Of a DNA stretch of 60,981 bases, positions 27,084-36,222 are shown piece by piece (the first letter of the stretch is position 1; every line of letters begins with the position of its first letter). The notes beneath the pieces were generated by a model that saw only the letters and a program-made list of their open reading frames with translations, did not search any database and was not told where the DNA came from. Source of the stretch: Candidatus Omnitrophota bacterium (GTDB lineage Bacteria > Omnitrophota > Gorgyraeia > Gygaellales > Profunditerraquicolaceae); NCBI GenBank assembly GCA_037134795.1, contig JBAXLM010000001.1, forward strand, positions 1-60,981, read 5' to 3'. The translations under genes were made by a program, and so were the position numbers.

Positions 27084-28108
27084 AGGAAGCCCAGCTGTAT
27101 AACGTTTTAGAAAATAAACAGGCGCATTGTTTTCTTTGCGCTCATAGTTGCAGGATTCCCGAAGGGAAATTTGGTTTTTGCCGAGTAAGGCAGAATATAA
27201 GAGGAGTTTTATATGCAAATAGTTATGGTAAACTTGTTGCTGTACATGTAGATCCAGTCGAGAAAAAACCGTTTTATCATTTTTTACCAGGGTCGCGTAC
27301 CTTTTCTATTGCTAGCGCGGGTTGTAATTTTCGTTGTGGATTTTGTCAGAATTGGCAGATCTCTCAGGTTGATTTTGCCAATCAGCAGCTGGGTGAGGAT
27401 TTTAGCGGTGATAAAGTTGTTAAGGCCGCTAGAGAGAATAATTGCGCAGCAATAGCTTATACTTACACTGAGCCAACAGTATCTTTTGAGTTTGTTTTAG
27501 AAACAGCAAGGTTAGCCAGGCTTTCAGGTTTATACAATTTATTTATTACTAACGGTTACTTGAGCCCTGAGGCGATTTTTCTAATTGCTCCATATCTGGA
27601 TGCAGTTAATATTGATTTAAAATTTTTTAAAGATAGTTCTTATCAGAAAATATGTTCAGGCCGCCTAGCACCGGTTCTTGATTCTATTCGTTTGTTCAAA
27701 GAGGCTGGAGTTTGGGTTGAAGTTACTACTTTAGTGATTCCAGGAGAAAATGACGCTCAGGATGAGCTTTCCGGGATTGCTAAATTTATTGCCCGGATAA
27801 GCAAAGATATCCCCTGGCATATCTCTAGCTTTCATGCGGATTATAAATTTAAGCATTATCCTGATACTTGCGAAACTACCATGAAATTAGCTTATGATTT
27901 AGGTAAAAAAGAAGGATTACATTATGTTTATGCTGGTAACGTCTATGGCTGGGGCCAGGATACTTTTTGCCCAGTATGCAAAAAGCTTCTCATTAAAAGA
28001 GATGGGTTTAGAATCGAGCAATTACATATTACGCAGGATAAATGTGAATTTTGCCAGGTAAAATTAGCCGGGGTTTTTAGTGTTGACAGCTCCAGCGTAA
28101 AGGGTTAA
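27080..28108 (+). CDS. amrS: AmmeMemoRadiSam-system-type radical SAM enzyme (AmrS-like)
   Basis: N-terminal CFLCAHSC...FGFC, radical SAM CNFRCGFCQNW, EVTTLVIPGEND, PWHISSFHADYK, and a C-terminal CPVC...C..C. The end-to-end pattern is typical of AmrS. Confidence 0.8.
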   Translation: MKEAQLYNVLENKQAHCFLCAHSCRIPEGKFGFCRVRQNIRGVLYANSYGKLVAVHVDPVEKKPFYHFLPGSRTFSIASAGCNFRCGFCQNWQISQVDFANQQLGEDFSGDKVVKAARENNCAAIAYTYTEPTVSFEFVLETARLARLSGLYNLFITNGYLSPEAIFLIAPYLDAVNIDLKFFKDSSYQKICSGRLAPVLDSIRLFKEAGVWVEVTTLVIPGENDAQDELSGIAKFIARISKDIPWHISSFHADYKFKHYPDTCETTMKLAYDLGKKEGLHYVYAGNVYGWGQDTFCPVCKKLLIKRDGFRIEQLHITQDKCEFCQVKLAGVFSVDSSSVKG

Positions 28109-28119
28109 AATAATATGAA

Positions 28120-28794
28120 ATGATAAATAAAGCCAACCAATTTGATCCAAGGAAATGCGTTATTTTCTTTGATTTTGATAACACCATTGCTACTTGTGAT
28201 GTTTTTGATAATATGCTTTTACTTTTTTCCCGTGACGACCGTTGGGTGGAGTTGGAAAAAAGGTGGACAAGCGGAAGAATAGGCTCAAAAACTTGCTTGG
28301 AAGGCCAACTCCGCGGCATGGATTTAGATAAAAAATCTTTGGATGCTTATCTACCCAAGATAAAACTTGACCCTTATTTTAAACAGCTTTACAAATTTCT
28401 GCAGGCCAAAAAAGTAAAAACTTTTATCTTAAGCGATAATTTTGATTATATAATCAACCGGATTCTTTCGGTTAATGGGATAAAAAACCTTAAGGTTTAT
28501 GCTAACAAACTCAGCTTTCCTCGGGGTAAAGTTGCTACAGAGTATCCTTATAAAAATAAAGATTGTCAAATTTGCGCGCATTGTAAGACAAAAAATCTTT
28601 TGGCAAAAGCGCCAAAAGATTATCTAATAATTTACGTTGGCGATGGCTCAACAGACATTTGTCCGGCTAAGCATGCTAATGTTGTTTTTGCAAAGGACAA
28701 TCTGCTTAAGCATTTCAAGGATAACAAATTAGATTATATGGCTTTTCATAATTTAAAAGATGTGTTTGTCTACTTAAAAAGCAAATTAAAATGA
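28120..28794 (+). CDS. HAD-IB phosphatase (MtnX/phosphoserine-phosphatase-like)
   Basis: Motif I FFDFDNTI, then YVGDGSTD, and the Cys cluster CQICAHCK as seen in MtnX-type enzymes. Confidence 0.65.
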   Translation: MINKANQFDPRKCVIFFDFDNTIATCDVFDNMLLLFSRDDRWVELEKRWTSGRIGSKTCLEGQLRGMDLDKKSLDAYLPKIKLDPYFKQLYKFLQAKKVKTFILSDNFDYIINRILSVNGIKNLKVYANKLSFPRGKVATEYPYKNKDCQICAHCKTKNLLAKAPKDYLIIYVGDGSTDICPAKHANVVFAKDNLLKHFKDNKLDYMAFHNLKDVFVYLKSKLK

Positions 28795-28805
28795 ATAGAA
28801 AGCAA

Positions 28806-28834
28806 TTGACCGCGGCACTTAAGAAATCTTAAAT
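28806..28834 (+). promoter_or_regulatory. Promoter TTGACC-17-TTAAAT, ending 7 nt before the ATG at 28842
   Basis: TTGACC at 28806-28811 and TTAAAT at 28829-28834. No SD. Confidence 0.5.
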
Positions 28835-28841
28835 TTCATGT

Positions 28842-29771
28842 ATGCTGGATAGATCTATTCGTGTATTGAATTTTGATAATAGCGTTATCCGTCAGCTCAC
28901 GCTTCTTAACCGTTATCAAACTGAAGTAATCGATTTTACTGGTCTGGCTCCTTCAGCCAGGTTTTTTATGTCAGGGGGCATGCGAGGAAAAATAGCAGAT
29001 TCTCTTAACTTCCAAGAGAAAAATCATCCTACCTTTTTAGGTTCGGGAGATTTCCATCATATTAGTGAAATATTAACAGCTCAGATTAATGAGCCTGCTT
29101 GTTTGGTTGTATTTGATTTTCATCCAGACTGGGATATTTTGCCTCCGCGTTTCGGCTGTGGGTCATGGGTTAGCCAGGCTTTAAAAAATAGGAATATTTC
29201 TAAATGCCTACTTATCGGCATGGGTTCAGACGATTTATCCGGGTTCGCATTGCTAACAGGTGATTTGGCTGCTTTAGCCGCTAACCGCCTAGAAATTTAT
29301 CCTTTCAGGCATAAACCCAGCCGGGTTTATTTTAGGGCTATCGCAGAAAATAATTCAATTGTTACCAAAAAATATTTTCTCTCAAACAGGATTATATGGC
29401 ATGAGCTGGAAAAAGAAGATTTAGCTGAGTTTACCTTGAAATTGATCAAGCAATTGCCTACGCAAAGGGTGTATATCTCAATAGATAAAGATTGCCTCAA
29501 AAGTGATTTTGCGCTTACCAACTGGGAGGAAGGGGCTTTACGTTTGGATCAACTTTTAGTTATGCTTAGGCTTATGCGTGAGAATTTAGATATAATCGGC
29601 TTAGATGTGGTAGGAGACTATTCAGTTCCAGTAATCTCTGGAAGGCTCAAAGCCGCGCTATCCAGGCTGGACCATCCCAAAAAACTTGCAGTAGATAATT
29701 GCCCTGAGGATTTAATCCAAAAGGTCAATGAACAGGCCAACCTTCAGATTCTTCAAGAACTGTTTTCTTAA
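28842..29771 (+). CDS. Divergent arginase/agmatinase/formiminoglutamase-family (ureohydrolase) protein
   Basis: Motif equivalents: GSGDFHH (for GGDHS), FDFHPDWD (for DAHxD) and SIDKDCL (for SxDxD). Confidence 0.55.
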   Translation: MLDRSIRVLNFDNSVIRQLTLLNRYQTEVIDFTGLAPSARFFMSGGMRGKIADSLNFQEKNHPTFLGSGDFHHISEILTAQINEPACLVVFDFHPDWDILPPRFGCGSWVSQALKNRNISKCLLIGMGSDDLSGFALLTGDLAALAANRLEIYPFRHKPSRVYFRAIAENNSIVTKKYFLSNRIIWHELEKEDLAEFTLKLIKQLPTQRVYISIDKDCLKSDFALTNWEEGALRLDQLLVMLRLMRENLDIIGLDVVGDYSVPVISGRLKAALSRLDHPKKLAVDNCPEDLIQKVNEQANLQILQELFS

Positions 29772-30631
29772 ATCTTATATTTTTCAAAAAAGGCTACAGT
29801 TTTCTCGGCAACTTTATCTCTTTCCTGGTCGGCAATAATAATGTGGTAGGAGTTTTCGAATAGCACAACTTCTTTATTTTGGGAGCCGATATGATTATAG
29901 ATATAATAGGAGTTTTTGGGGCTGGTTACGTCATCATCTTTCGCCTGCAACAGCTGTATGGGTGTAGTCATACTCGGTAATATCTTCATCACGCATTTTG
30001 CCAATAAATGGTTTTGCTGCATACTGGATACCGGTATAACTGAGTAGCCATATAGGTGAACTTTGCTATAATCGAATAAATCCGATTTTGTGTAAAAACT
30101 TTCAATTCTTGATCTCAGTCTTTCATTTTTAATCCCATAAGGATATCCTTCTTTAAGATAAAAATAATATTGCAAGGGTGTTTTAAAGATTAGAGGTAAA
30201 AGAATTCTTAGTTTTGGGTTTGCCCAGCCGTCAAAAAATAGGGTGGGAGAGAAACAGTTCAGTGCTTTCACTTTATGAGGGAATTCATGCGTTAATAATA
30301 TTCCGATTAAGGCGCCAAAAGATAATCCAGCCACAAAGATGTTCTCGTAGTCATTGGTATATTTAAGAAATTCATTACGTATAGAGCTATAGATATCCTG
30401 CCAGGTTGTTCTTTTAAGGCAAGATATGGATTTATCGTGGTTGAGCATTAAGGGCGCAGCCACGGAAAATCCCTGTTTATTTAAACACTTGCCAATAGAG
30501 CCCATTTCCTTAGGTGTCCCGGTAAGCCCGTGGATTAAAAAGCATAAGTTTTTCCCCCCGGGTAAGAAAAAGCTGGAATCGGGTATGCCGGTAATTAAGC
30601 GTTTGTCTTCTTTAGTTGAAAAAATTATCAT
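29768..30631 (-). CDS. Alpha/beta hydrolase (esterase/lysophospholipase-like)
   Basis: HGLTGTPKEM oxyanion region, nucleophile elbow GLSFGA, and a C-terminal D...H (SYHII). Confidence 0.7.
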   Translation of the reverse strand: MIIFSTKEDKRLITGIPDSSFFLPGGKNLCFLIHGLTGTPKEMGSIGKCLNKQGFSVAAPLMLNHDKSISCLKRTTWQDIYSSIRNEFLKYTNDYENIFVAGLSFGALIGILLTHEFPHKVKALNCFSPTLFFDGWANPKLRILLPLIFKTPLQYYFYLKEGYPYGIKNERLRSRIESFYTKSDLFDYSKVHLYGYSVIPVSSMQQNHLLAKCVMKILPSMTTPIQLLQAKDDDVTSPKNSYYIYNHIGSQNKEVVLFENSYHIIIADQERDKVAEKTVAFFEKYKI

Positions 30632-30641
30632 AGTATTCTTT

Positions 30642-31862
30642 TTAAAGCTGCTTGAGTTTCTTGATTATATTGCTTAAGTCAACGTTATTTAAAAATGTGC
30701 TTGTACTTAAGGTTATTGTTCTTTCTGCGATCAGGCGAGCATGCGCACAATCAGCATTAGGGACAATATCTTTTAAATAAGCATAGTCGGTAATTGCCCG
30801 CAAATACACTTGGGATACCCCCAGGCCGGAATACTTGAAAATATTTAGCGCAGAGTTTCTTTTTTCTGCTGTTTCAAAAATGATAGTAAGGTAAGGGTAG
30901 CTTGCTTTTGTCTGCGCCAATTCTGTAATTGGCTTGATCGCGGGAAACTCCTCAAGTCTTTTTAAATAAAAATTCACCTTTTCCCTTTGTTTATCCATTT
31001 CTTTGTTTAAGTAAGGGAAATTAAGATGTCCGATATATTCCCTGAAAGCAGAAACTTTATGTACGGGGAAATTAGGCTCGAAATATTCTCCCATTGCTTT
31101 TATGGGGTTTTTGCGTATTAGCCAGAATATCTGGGGTAATCTAAAGGCAAACCAAAATAAAGCCGGTTGATAAAAAATACTATAAGCAAACAACTCTATT
31201 ATTTTTAAATATTCAGAAAAAATATCCGTAGGCATAATTTCTTTTGCGGTCTTAACTAAGAGTTGGGCATATTTTGCTTGGCTGGTTAAAGCTATCCCGC
31301 CTTCATAAATAGTCAGGCCTTTTCCCCGGCAAAGGCTGAAAAAAGAAAACTCTCCAATTGTGCCTGTTTTTTTGTTTTGATATTCAGCTCCTAAGCTTTG
31401 CGCGCAGTCTTCAATAATGAAAATATTATTTTCTTTAGTTATTTTTTTAATGTTTTCTAGCTCTAAGGGGATGCCGGCTAAGTGCACGGCGAGGATTGCC
31501 AGGATGTCTTTATCTAGAGCGCAGATCTGGCGTAGTTTATCTATATCAAAATCAAAATTATCCTGGTTTATGTCGCAAGGCATTATTTTTAAGCCGGCCC
31601 TTTTTATTGCTAAAGGAATTAGCGGGCAGGTAAACGCAGGGATGATTACTGTTTTTTTGCCGGAGAGTTTTTTTATGCTTTCTAGGATTAAGTAGAACGC
31701 AGCGGTTCCGGAGTAGGTAAGTAAGGCAGCTGGGACGTTTAAGTATTTTTTAAAATCCTCTCCTAGTAACCCTTTAGGGAGTTTTTTAAAAAGCGGGGGG
31801 ATTAAGTCTTTGGTTTTAATCGGCCAGCCTGCGGTTGGCGGGATTTCTCTAATTAGGCTCAA
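30642..31862 (-). CDS. DegT/DnrJ/EryC1/StrS-family PLP aminotransferase (ArnB-like)
   Basis: TTG start. IIPAFTCP, IIEDCAQSLGA and FSFFSLCRGKGLT (PLP-lysine region). Confidence 0.8.
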   Translation of the reverse strand: MSLIREIPPTAGWPIKTKDLIPPLFKKLPKGLLGEDFKKYLNVPAALLTYSGTAAFYLILESIKKLSGKKTVIIPAFTCPLIPLAIKRAGLKIMPCDINQDNFDFDIDKLRQICALDKDILAILAVHLAGIPLELENIKKITKENNIFIIEDCAQSLGAEYQNKKTGTIGEFSFFSLCRGKGLTIYEGGIALTSQAKYAQLLVKTAKEIMPTDIFSEYLKIIELFAYSIFYQPALFWFAFRLPQIFWLIRKNPIKAMGEYFEPNFPVHKVSAFREYIGHLNFPYLNKEMDKQREKVNFYLKRLEEFPAIKPITELAQTKASYPYLTIIFETAEKRNSALNIFKYSGLGVSQVYLRAITDYAYLKDIVPNADCAHARLIAERTITLSTSTFLNNVDLSNIIKKLKQL

Positions 31863-31954
31863 ATTTAGCTTCCTTTTTTCTCACACACTTATCTATTCTA
31901 TGCTAAAATAGCAGAAATTCAAGCTAACTCTGTGGTTCTGCGGTTCTCTAATCT

Positions 31955-33076
31955 ATGCCTGAGATTAATTACAAGATATTCGACAATATAAATAAGATTG
32001 ATAAAAAAGACTGGGATGCTGTTTTCGGCGATATTCCAGAGAGTTACCCGTTTTATAGGGTCCTGGGTAATTCCGAACTTGTTGAGTTTGTTTTTTATTA
32101 CTTAGTTATCTATCGTAATAATGAAATCGTGGTTATTGCTCCATTGTTTAGCGCAGATTTTAATCTAGACATCGCGGTTGAAGGATTGTTTGCCAGAATG
32201 ATTAAGTTAATGCGTAAGGTTTTCCCGCGCTTTTTGATGCTTAAGGCATTATTCTGCGGTTCTCCTTTTGGGGAGTATGGAGTTTTGGGGATTAGGGATG
32301 GTTTTCGGTTTGATCCTGAACTTGTCCCGCAGCTTTTAGCAGGCATGAAAGATTTAGCGCTTAAGATCGGCGCTCCTTTGACTATTTTTAAAGATTTTTT
32401 AAAAGATAGCACGTTGTTATTGGATGTTTTGAGGCGTAAAGGATTTACTAAAGTAGAGAGTTTTCCTAATGTGCTTCTAGATTTAAGTTTTTCTTCTTTT
32501 GAGGGGTATCTTAAAAGCCTGGGTAGTTCCACGCGCAAAAATTTAAACAAGAAGCTAAAGCAGGCCTCTGCCCGGGGTAATATTGAAGTCAAGGTAGTTA
32601 AGGATGTGGGTAACCAGATTGACCAGGTAATTGGACTTTATGAGAATACTTATCATGGGGGTTCAACAAAGTTTGAGCGTTTGACTAAGAAGTTTTTTTT
32701 ACAGGTATCCGAGGATCTATCTGAGCACACGCGATTTTTTCTCTACTATGTAGATGGCGAGTTGGCTGCTTTTAATCTCTGTTTTATCTACAAAGATTTA
32801 CTCATTGATAAATTTATCGGTTTCAATTATGATATATCTAATCAATATAATCTGTATTTTTTTAGTTGGGCGTATAATATTAAGTGGTGCATAGATAATT
32901 CTTTGCGCTATTATCATCCGGGACAGACGGATTATGAGCCGAAGATCAGGTTGGGCGGGAAGATTATTCCGCTTTATGCTTATTTAAAGCATAGAAATGT
33001 TTTTTTTAACCTTTTACTTAAATTACTTGCGGTATTGTTAAAACCTGGTAATTTTGATAAGGATATCAGAAAATAG
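31955..33076 (+). CDS. GNAT-fold acyltransferase of the CelD/FemAB-like (BioF2-like) type
   Basis: 373 aa. SFEGYLKSLGSSTRKNLNKKLKQ and the FFLYYVDGELAAFNLCF core resemble CelD/Acetyltransf_6 proteins. An extended -10 TGcTAAAAT lies at 31901-31909. Confidence 0.6.
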   Translation: MPEINYKIFDNINKIDKKDWDAVFGDIPESYPFYRVLGNSELVEFVFYYLVIYRNNEIVVIAPLFSADFNLDIAVEGLFARMIKLMRKVFPRFLMLKALFCGSPFGEYGVLGIRDGFRFDPELVPQLLAGMKDLALKIGAPLTIFKDFLKDSTLLLDVLRRKGFTKVESFPNVLLDLSFSSFEGYLKSLGSSTRKNLNKKLKQASARGNIEVKVVKDVGNQIDQVIGLYENTYHGGSTKFERLTKKFFLQVSEDLSEHTRFFLYYVDGELAAFNLCFIYKDLLIDKFIGFNYDISNQYNLYFFSWAYNIKWCIDNSLRYYHPGQTDYEPKIRLGGKIIPLYAYLKHRNVFFNLLLKLLAVLLKPGNFDKDIRK

Positions 33077-33081
33077 AATCT

Positions 33082-33495
33082 ATGTTTAAGAAGAAGGTTA
33101 CGCTAAAAATATTGCTGTTACTTATTACAAGTGACGTTTTGGAAACGGCAATACATTTCTTTTTCAAAAAGAGCGCTTTAGCTCAAATTCAGTTTTCGGT
33201 AGTTGATTCTGGTAGCGCGATAGTTTTCTTTAAAGCGGTTTTTTCTTCGCCATTTTTATGGGCCGGATTATTAATGGCAGCTACAGTATTTATTATCTGG
33301 TCTACGATTCTTTCTAAGATAGATTTAAGTGTAGCCGTGCCTATTGCAAGTTTTAGCTATATTCTTGTTCCGGTGGTTTCGGTTATCTTCCTGCATGAGC
33401 AGATCTCTGTTTTGAGGTGGGTGGGGATATTGTTTATTCTTACGGGGGTTATCTTTGTTTCTTTAAGCAGTAAAGAAAGGCTTGCGAGAGAGTAA
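33082..33495 (+). CDS. Half-size EamA/DMT membrane protein (ArnE/ArnF-like), subunit 1
   Basis: 137 aa with four TM helices. Ends with GILFILTGVIFVSLS, a typical EamA end. Confidence 0.6.
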   Translation: MFKKKVTLKILLLLITSDVLETAIHFFFKKSALAQIQFSVVDSGSAIVFFKAVFSSPFLWAGLLMAATVFIIWSTILSKIDLSVAVPIASFSYILVPVVSVIFLHEQISVLRWVGILFILTGVIFVSLSSKERLARE

Positions 33496-33879
33496 ATGAG
33501 AGAAGGCTTGTTGATTATTCTTTTTATGATTGCCTTAACCAGCTTATGCGATACGGCAAATCAGTTGTTTTTAAAGTCTGCGATAGACTCTTTAAATTTT
33601 CCGGTTAAATTTAGTTTTAGAAATATTTTTAAATTTTTTTTCCAGTTATTGGCTAAGCCGCGAATCTGGCTGTGTTTTGTTTTTAGCGTCGTGTCTCTGT
33701 GTATTTGGTTATTGGTACTTTCCAAGGCAGATCTTAATTTTGCCTTTTCTGCCGACAGTATGCATTATATCTTCATTGCTTTGGCAGCCAGGTTTATTTT
33801 AAAAGAGAAATTCAGCCATTTGCGCTGGTTGGGTACCGGGTTAATCGTTGTGGGGATAGTTTTTGTGAGTTTAAGTTAA
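33496..33879 (+). CDS. Half-size EamA/DMT membrane protein (ArnE/ArnF-like), subunit 2
   Basis: 127 aa with four TM helices. Starts immediately after the upstream stop. Ends with GLIVVGIVFVSLS. Confidence 0.6.
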   Translation: MREGLLIILFMIALTSLCDTANQLFLKSAIDSLNFPVKFSFRNIFKFFFQLLAKPRIWLCFVFSVVSLCIWLLVLSKADLNFAFSADSMHYIFIALAARFILKEKFSHLRWLGTGLIVVGIVFVSLS

Positions 33880-33895
33880 AATTTGGAGATTGAAT

Positions 33896-35164
33896 ATGGA
33901 TGCTAAGATCATAGCGTTAATAGTTTTTATTATTGCTTACACGCTCTTTGTAATTCTTCCGCAGAGGCGCACAATAATTGCTTTGGCCGGCAGCCTGTTG
34001 CTGGTTCTAACCCAGGCGATTTCTTTTAAGGATGCGTTTTTGGCGGTTAACTGGAATGTGATGGGAATTTTTGTCGGCACTTTAATCCTTGCGGATGTAT
34101 TTATGCAGAGCAGGGTTCCTGCTTATATTGCCGAAATAGTTGTGGATAAGGCTAAAAGCACAGCTTGGGCGATTTTGTTTATCTGTATTTTAAGCGGTTT
34201 TATTTCTGCATTTGTGGAGAATGTCGCCACAGTATTGATTGTGGCGCCTATTGCCCTGGCTTTAGCCAAGAAACTAAAAATTAATCCTACGAACATGATG
34301 ATTGCTATTGCTTTATCAAGCAACCTTCAGGGTACCGCTACTTTAATTGGGGATCCGCCAAGTATGCTTTTGGGAGGTTTTGCTAAAATGAACTTTGGGG
34401 ATTTCTTTTTTTATCGCGGTAAGCCCAGTATATTTTTTGCTGTAGAGCTGGGGGCATTTTTTTCTTTCTTTGTGCTTTATTTTATTTTCAGAAAGCACAA
34501 AGAGAAAACACAGCTTATTCCGGTGGAGAAGGTAAAAAGCTGGGTACCCACTATTTTATTGGTAAGTTTAATTGTTTTGTTGGCACTTTCTTCATTTTTT
34601 GATGCTAATTTCAGCTCTTTGGCCGGGCAAATTTGTATGGTTTTTGGCATTATTGCTTTGATCTGGGAAAAATTTATTAATAAATCTTCCATAAGGAGCG
34701 GCCTTAGGAAACTTGATTGGGATACGACATTCTTTCTGATGGGTATTTTTATTATTGTCGGGGGGATTTCGCTTACCGGATGGATTCAGGTTTTAGCTAA
34801 TTATCTGGCCAGCCTGGTAGGTGGCAATATATTCTTAGGCTATACCGCGATAGTATTCCTATCGGTAATCCTTTCGGCATTTATCGACAATGTTCCTTTC
34901 TTGGCAGCTATGCTTCCTGTGGCCATGATTATGGCGGATAAATTGCAGATCAATCCTTCTTTATTACTTTTTGGTTTATTGATTGGCACTAGCCTTGGCG
35001 GTAACATAACTCCTATCGGAGCTTCGGCTAATATTGTTGTCTGTGGCTTACTTAAAAAAGAAGGCTATCCGGTTAAATTCACGCATTTTATGAAAATAGG
35101 TATTCCTTTTACCATTGTCGCGGTAACTGCGGGTTATTTATTTATCTGGTTTATCTGGCGTTAG
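33896..35164 (+). CDS. ArsB/NhaD-superfamily anion permease (paralogue of 21744-23135)
   Basis: Polytopic protein with GDPPSMLLG and GASANIVV hairpin motifs. I prefer the ATG at 33896 with GGAG 7 nt upstream to the TTG at 33890. Confidence 0.7.
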   Translation: MDAKIIALIVFIIAYTLFVILPQRRTIIALAGSLLLVLTQAISFKDAFLAVNWNVMGIFVGTLILADVFMQSRVPAYIAEIVVDKAKSTAWAILFICILSGFISAFVENVATVLIVAPIALALAKKLKINPTNMMIAIALSSNLQGTATLIGDPPSMLLGGFAKMNFGDFFFYRGKPSIFFAVELGAFFSFFVLYFIFRKHKEKTQLIPVEKVKSWVPTILLVSLIVLLALSSFFDANFSSLAGQICMVFGIIALIWEKFINKSSIRSGLRKLDWDTTFFLMGIFIIVGGISLTGWIQVLANYLASLVGGNIFLGYTAIVFLSVILSAFIDNVPFLAAMLPVAMIMADKLQINPSLLLFGLLIGTSLGGNITPIGASANIVVCGLLKKEGYPVKFTHFMKIGIPFTIVAVTAGYLFIWFIWR

Positions 35165-35177
35165 ACGGGAGTTAGAT

Positions 35178-36215
35178 ATGCCCAATGATCATGCTTGCTG
35201 CTCAAACTCTGGCAGAGGTATTTTTAAGAATAAGTTATTTTTAATTTTTGTTTTTACGCTTGCCTTAGTTTTGCTATCGTATATTTTTCCAGCGTTAGTT
35301 TCCTTCCGCAAAGTTTTATTTTCTTATTTCAAATCTATCTGGTGGGCAGTAGCTTTGGGTTTATTCCTAGGGGGGATGATTGATTATTATATCCCTCGGG
35401 AGTATATCTCCAAGGTTTTATCTAGAAAATCTCCGCTTACTATTGTTAATGCAGTGCTCTTGGGATTTTTAATGAGTGCCTGTAGCCATGGGATATTAGC
35501 CTTGTCTATCCAATTGCATAAAAAAGGGGCATCTAACCCGGCAGTGGTAAGTTTTCTTTTAGCTAGCCCCTGGGCGAATTTTGCCGTAACCATGATGCTT
35601 TTAAGCCTTTTTGGGCTAAAAGGCCTTTTTATTATTCTTGCAGCCGTAATTATTGCTTTGAATACAGGTTTTATATTTCTTTTCCTTGAGAAAAAAGGAT
35701 TGATCGAGAAAAACAAGAATATCGTAGAGGTCTCTAAAGATTATTCAATCCGGGAAGATTTTCGTAAGCGAATAAGGAATTATAAATTTAACCGGGCTTC
35801 TTTAAATAATGATTTAAGAGGGGTCTTTAGTGGGTCAATCGCATTATCTCAAATGGTGCTTTGGTGGATAATTCTAGGCATGCTTTTAGCTAGCCTTGCT
35901 GGCGCGTTTATTCCAGTGCATTTCTTCCATAGATTTATGGGCCCGACTTTTTTGGGATTAATAGTTACATTAACTTTAGCTACGGTAATTGAGGTTTGCT
36001 CTGAAGGTTCAAGCCCTCTGGCATTTGAGATTTATCGGCAGAGCCAAGCTTTAGGTAATAGTTTTGTATTTTTAATGGCGGGGGTAGTTACCGATTATAC
36101 AGAGATTGGTTTACTTTGGGCTAACGTGGGAAGGCGCGTGGCTTTATGGATGCCGCTGGTCAGTGTTCCGCAGGTAATACTTGTGGGGTATTTGTTTAAC
36201 AAATTAATAAAATAA
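35178..36215 (+). CDS. UPF0718/ArsP-like permease
   Basis: 345 aa with 8-10 TM helices. Conserved Cys-containing motifs MSACSHG and VIEVCSEGSSP are typical of the PF03773-type permease family. Confidence 0.6.
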   Translation: MPNDHACCSNSGRGIFKNKLFLIFVFTLALVLLSYIFPALVSFRKVLFSYFKSIWWAVALGLFLGGMIDYYIPREYISKVLSRKSPLTIVNAVLLGFLMSACSHGILALSIQLHKKGASNPAVVSFLLASPWANFAVTMMLLSLFGLKGLFIILAAVIIALNTGFIFLFLEKKGLIEKNKNIVEVSKDYSIREDFRKRIRNYKFNRASLNNDLRGVFSGSIALSQMVLWWIILGMLLASLAGAFIPVHFFHRFMGPTFLGLIVTLTLATVIEVCSEGSSPLAFEIYRQSQALGNSFVFLMAGVVTDYTEIGLLWANVGRRVALWMPLVSVPQVILVGYLFNKLIK

Positions 36216-36222
36216 AAATTTC

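Noticed and set aside
32110-32592. A 160-aa minus-strand ORF.
   Set aside because: It is antisense to the CelD/FemAB-like acyltransferase gene, has no start context and is compositionally biased.
33082-33879. Two adjacent small EamA ORFs that might be a frameshifted single 10-TM EamA pseudogene.
   Set aside because: Each has its own ATG, and the second starts immediately after the first's TAA. Each ends with the typical EamA C-terminal motif (…GVIFVSLS / …GIVFVSLS). This is consistent with a genuine heterodimeric pair like ArnE/ArnF.
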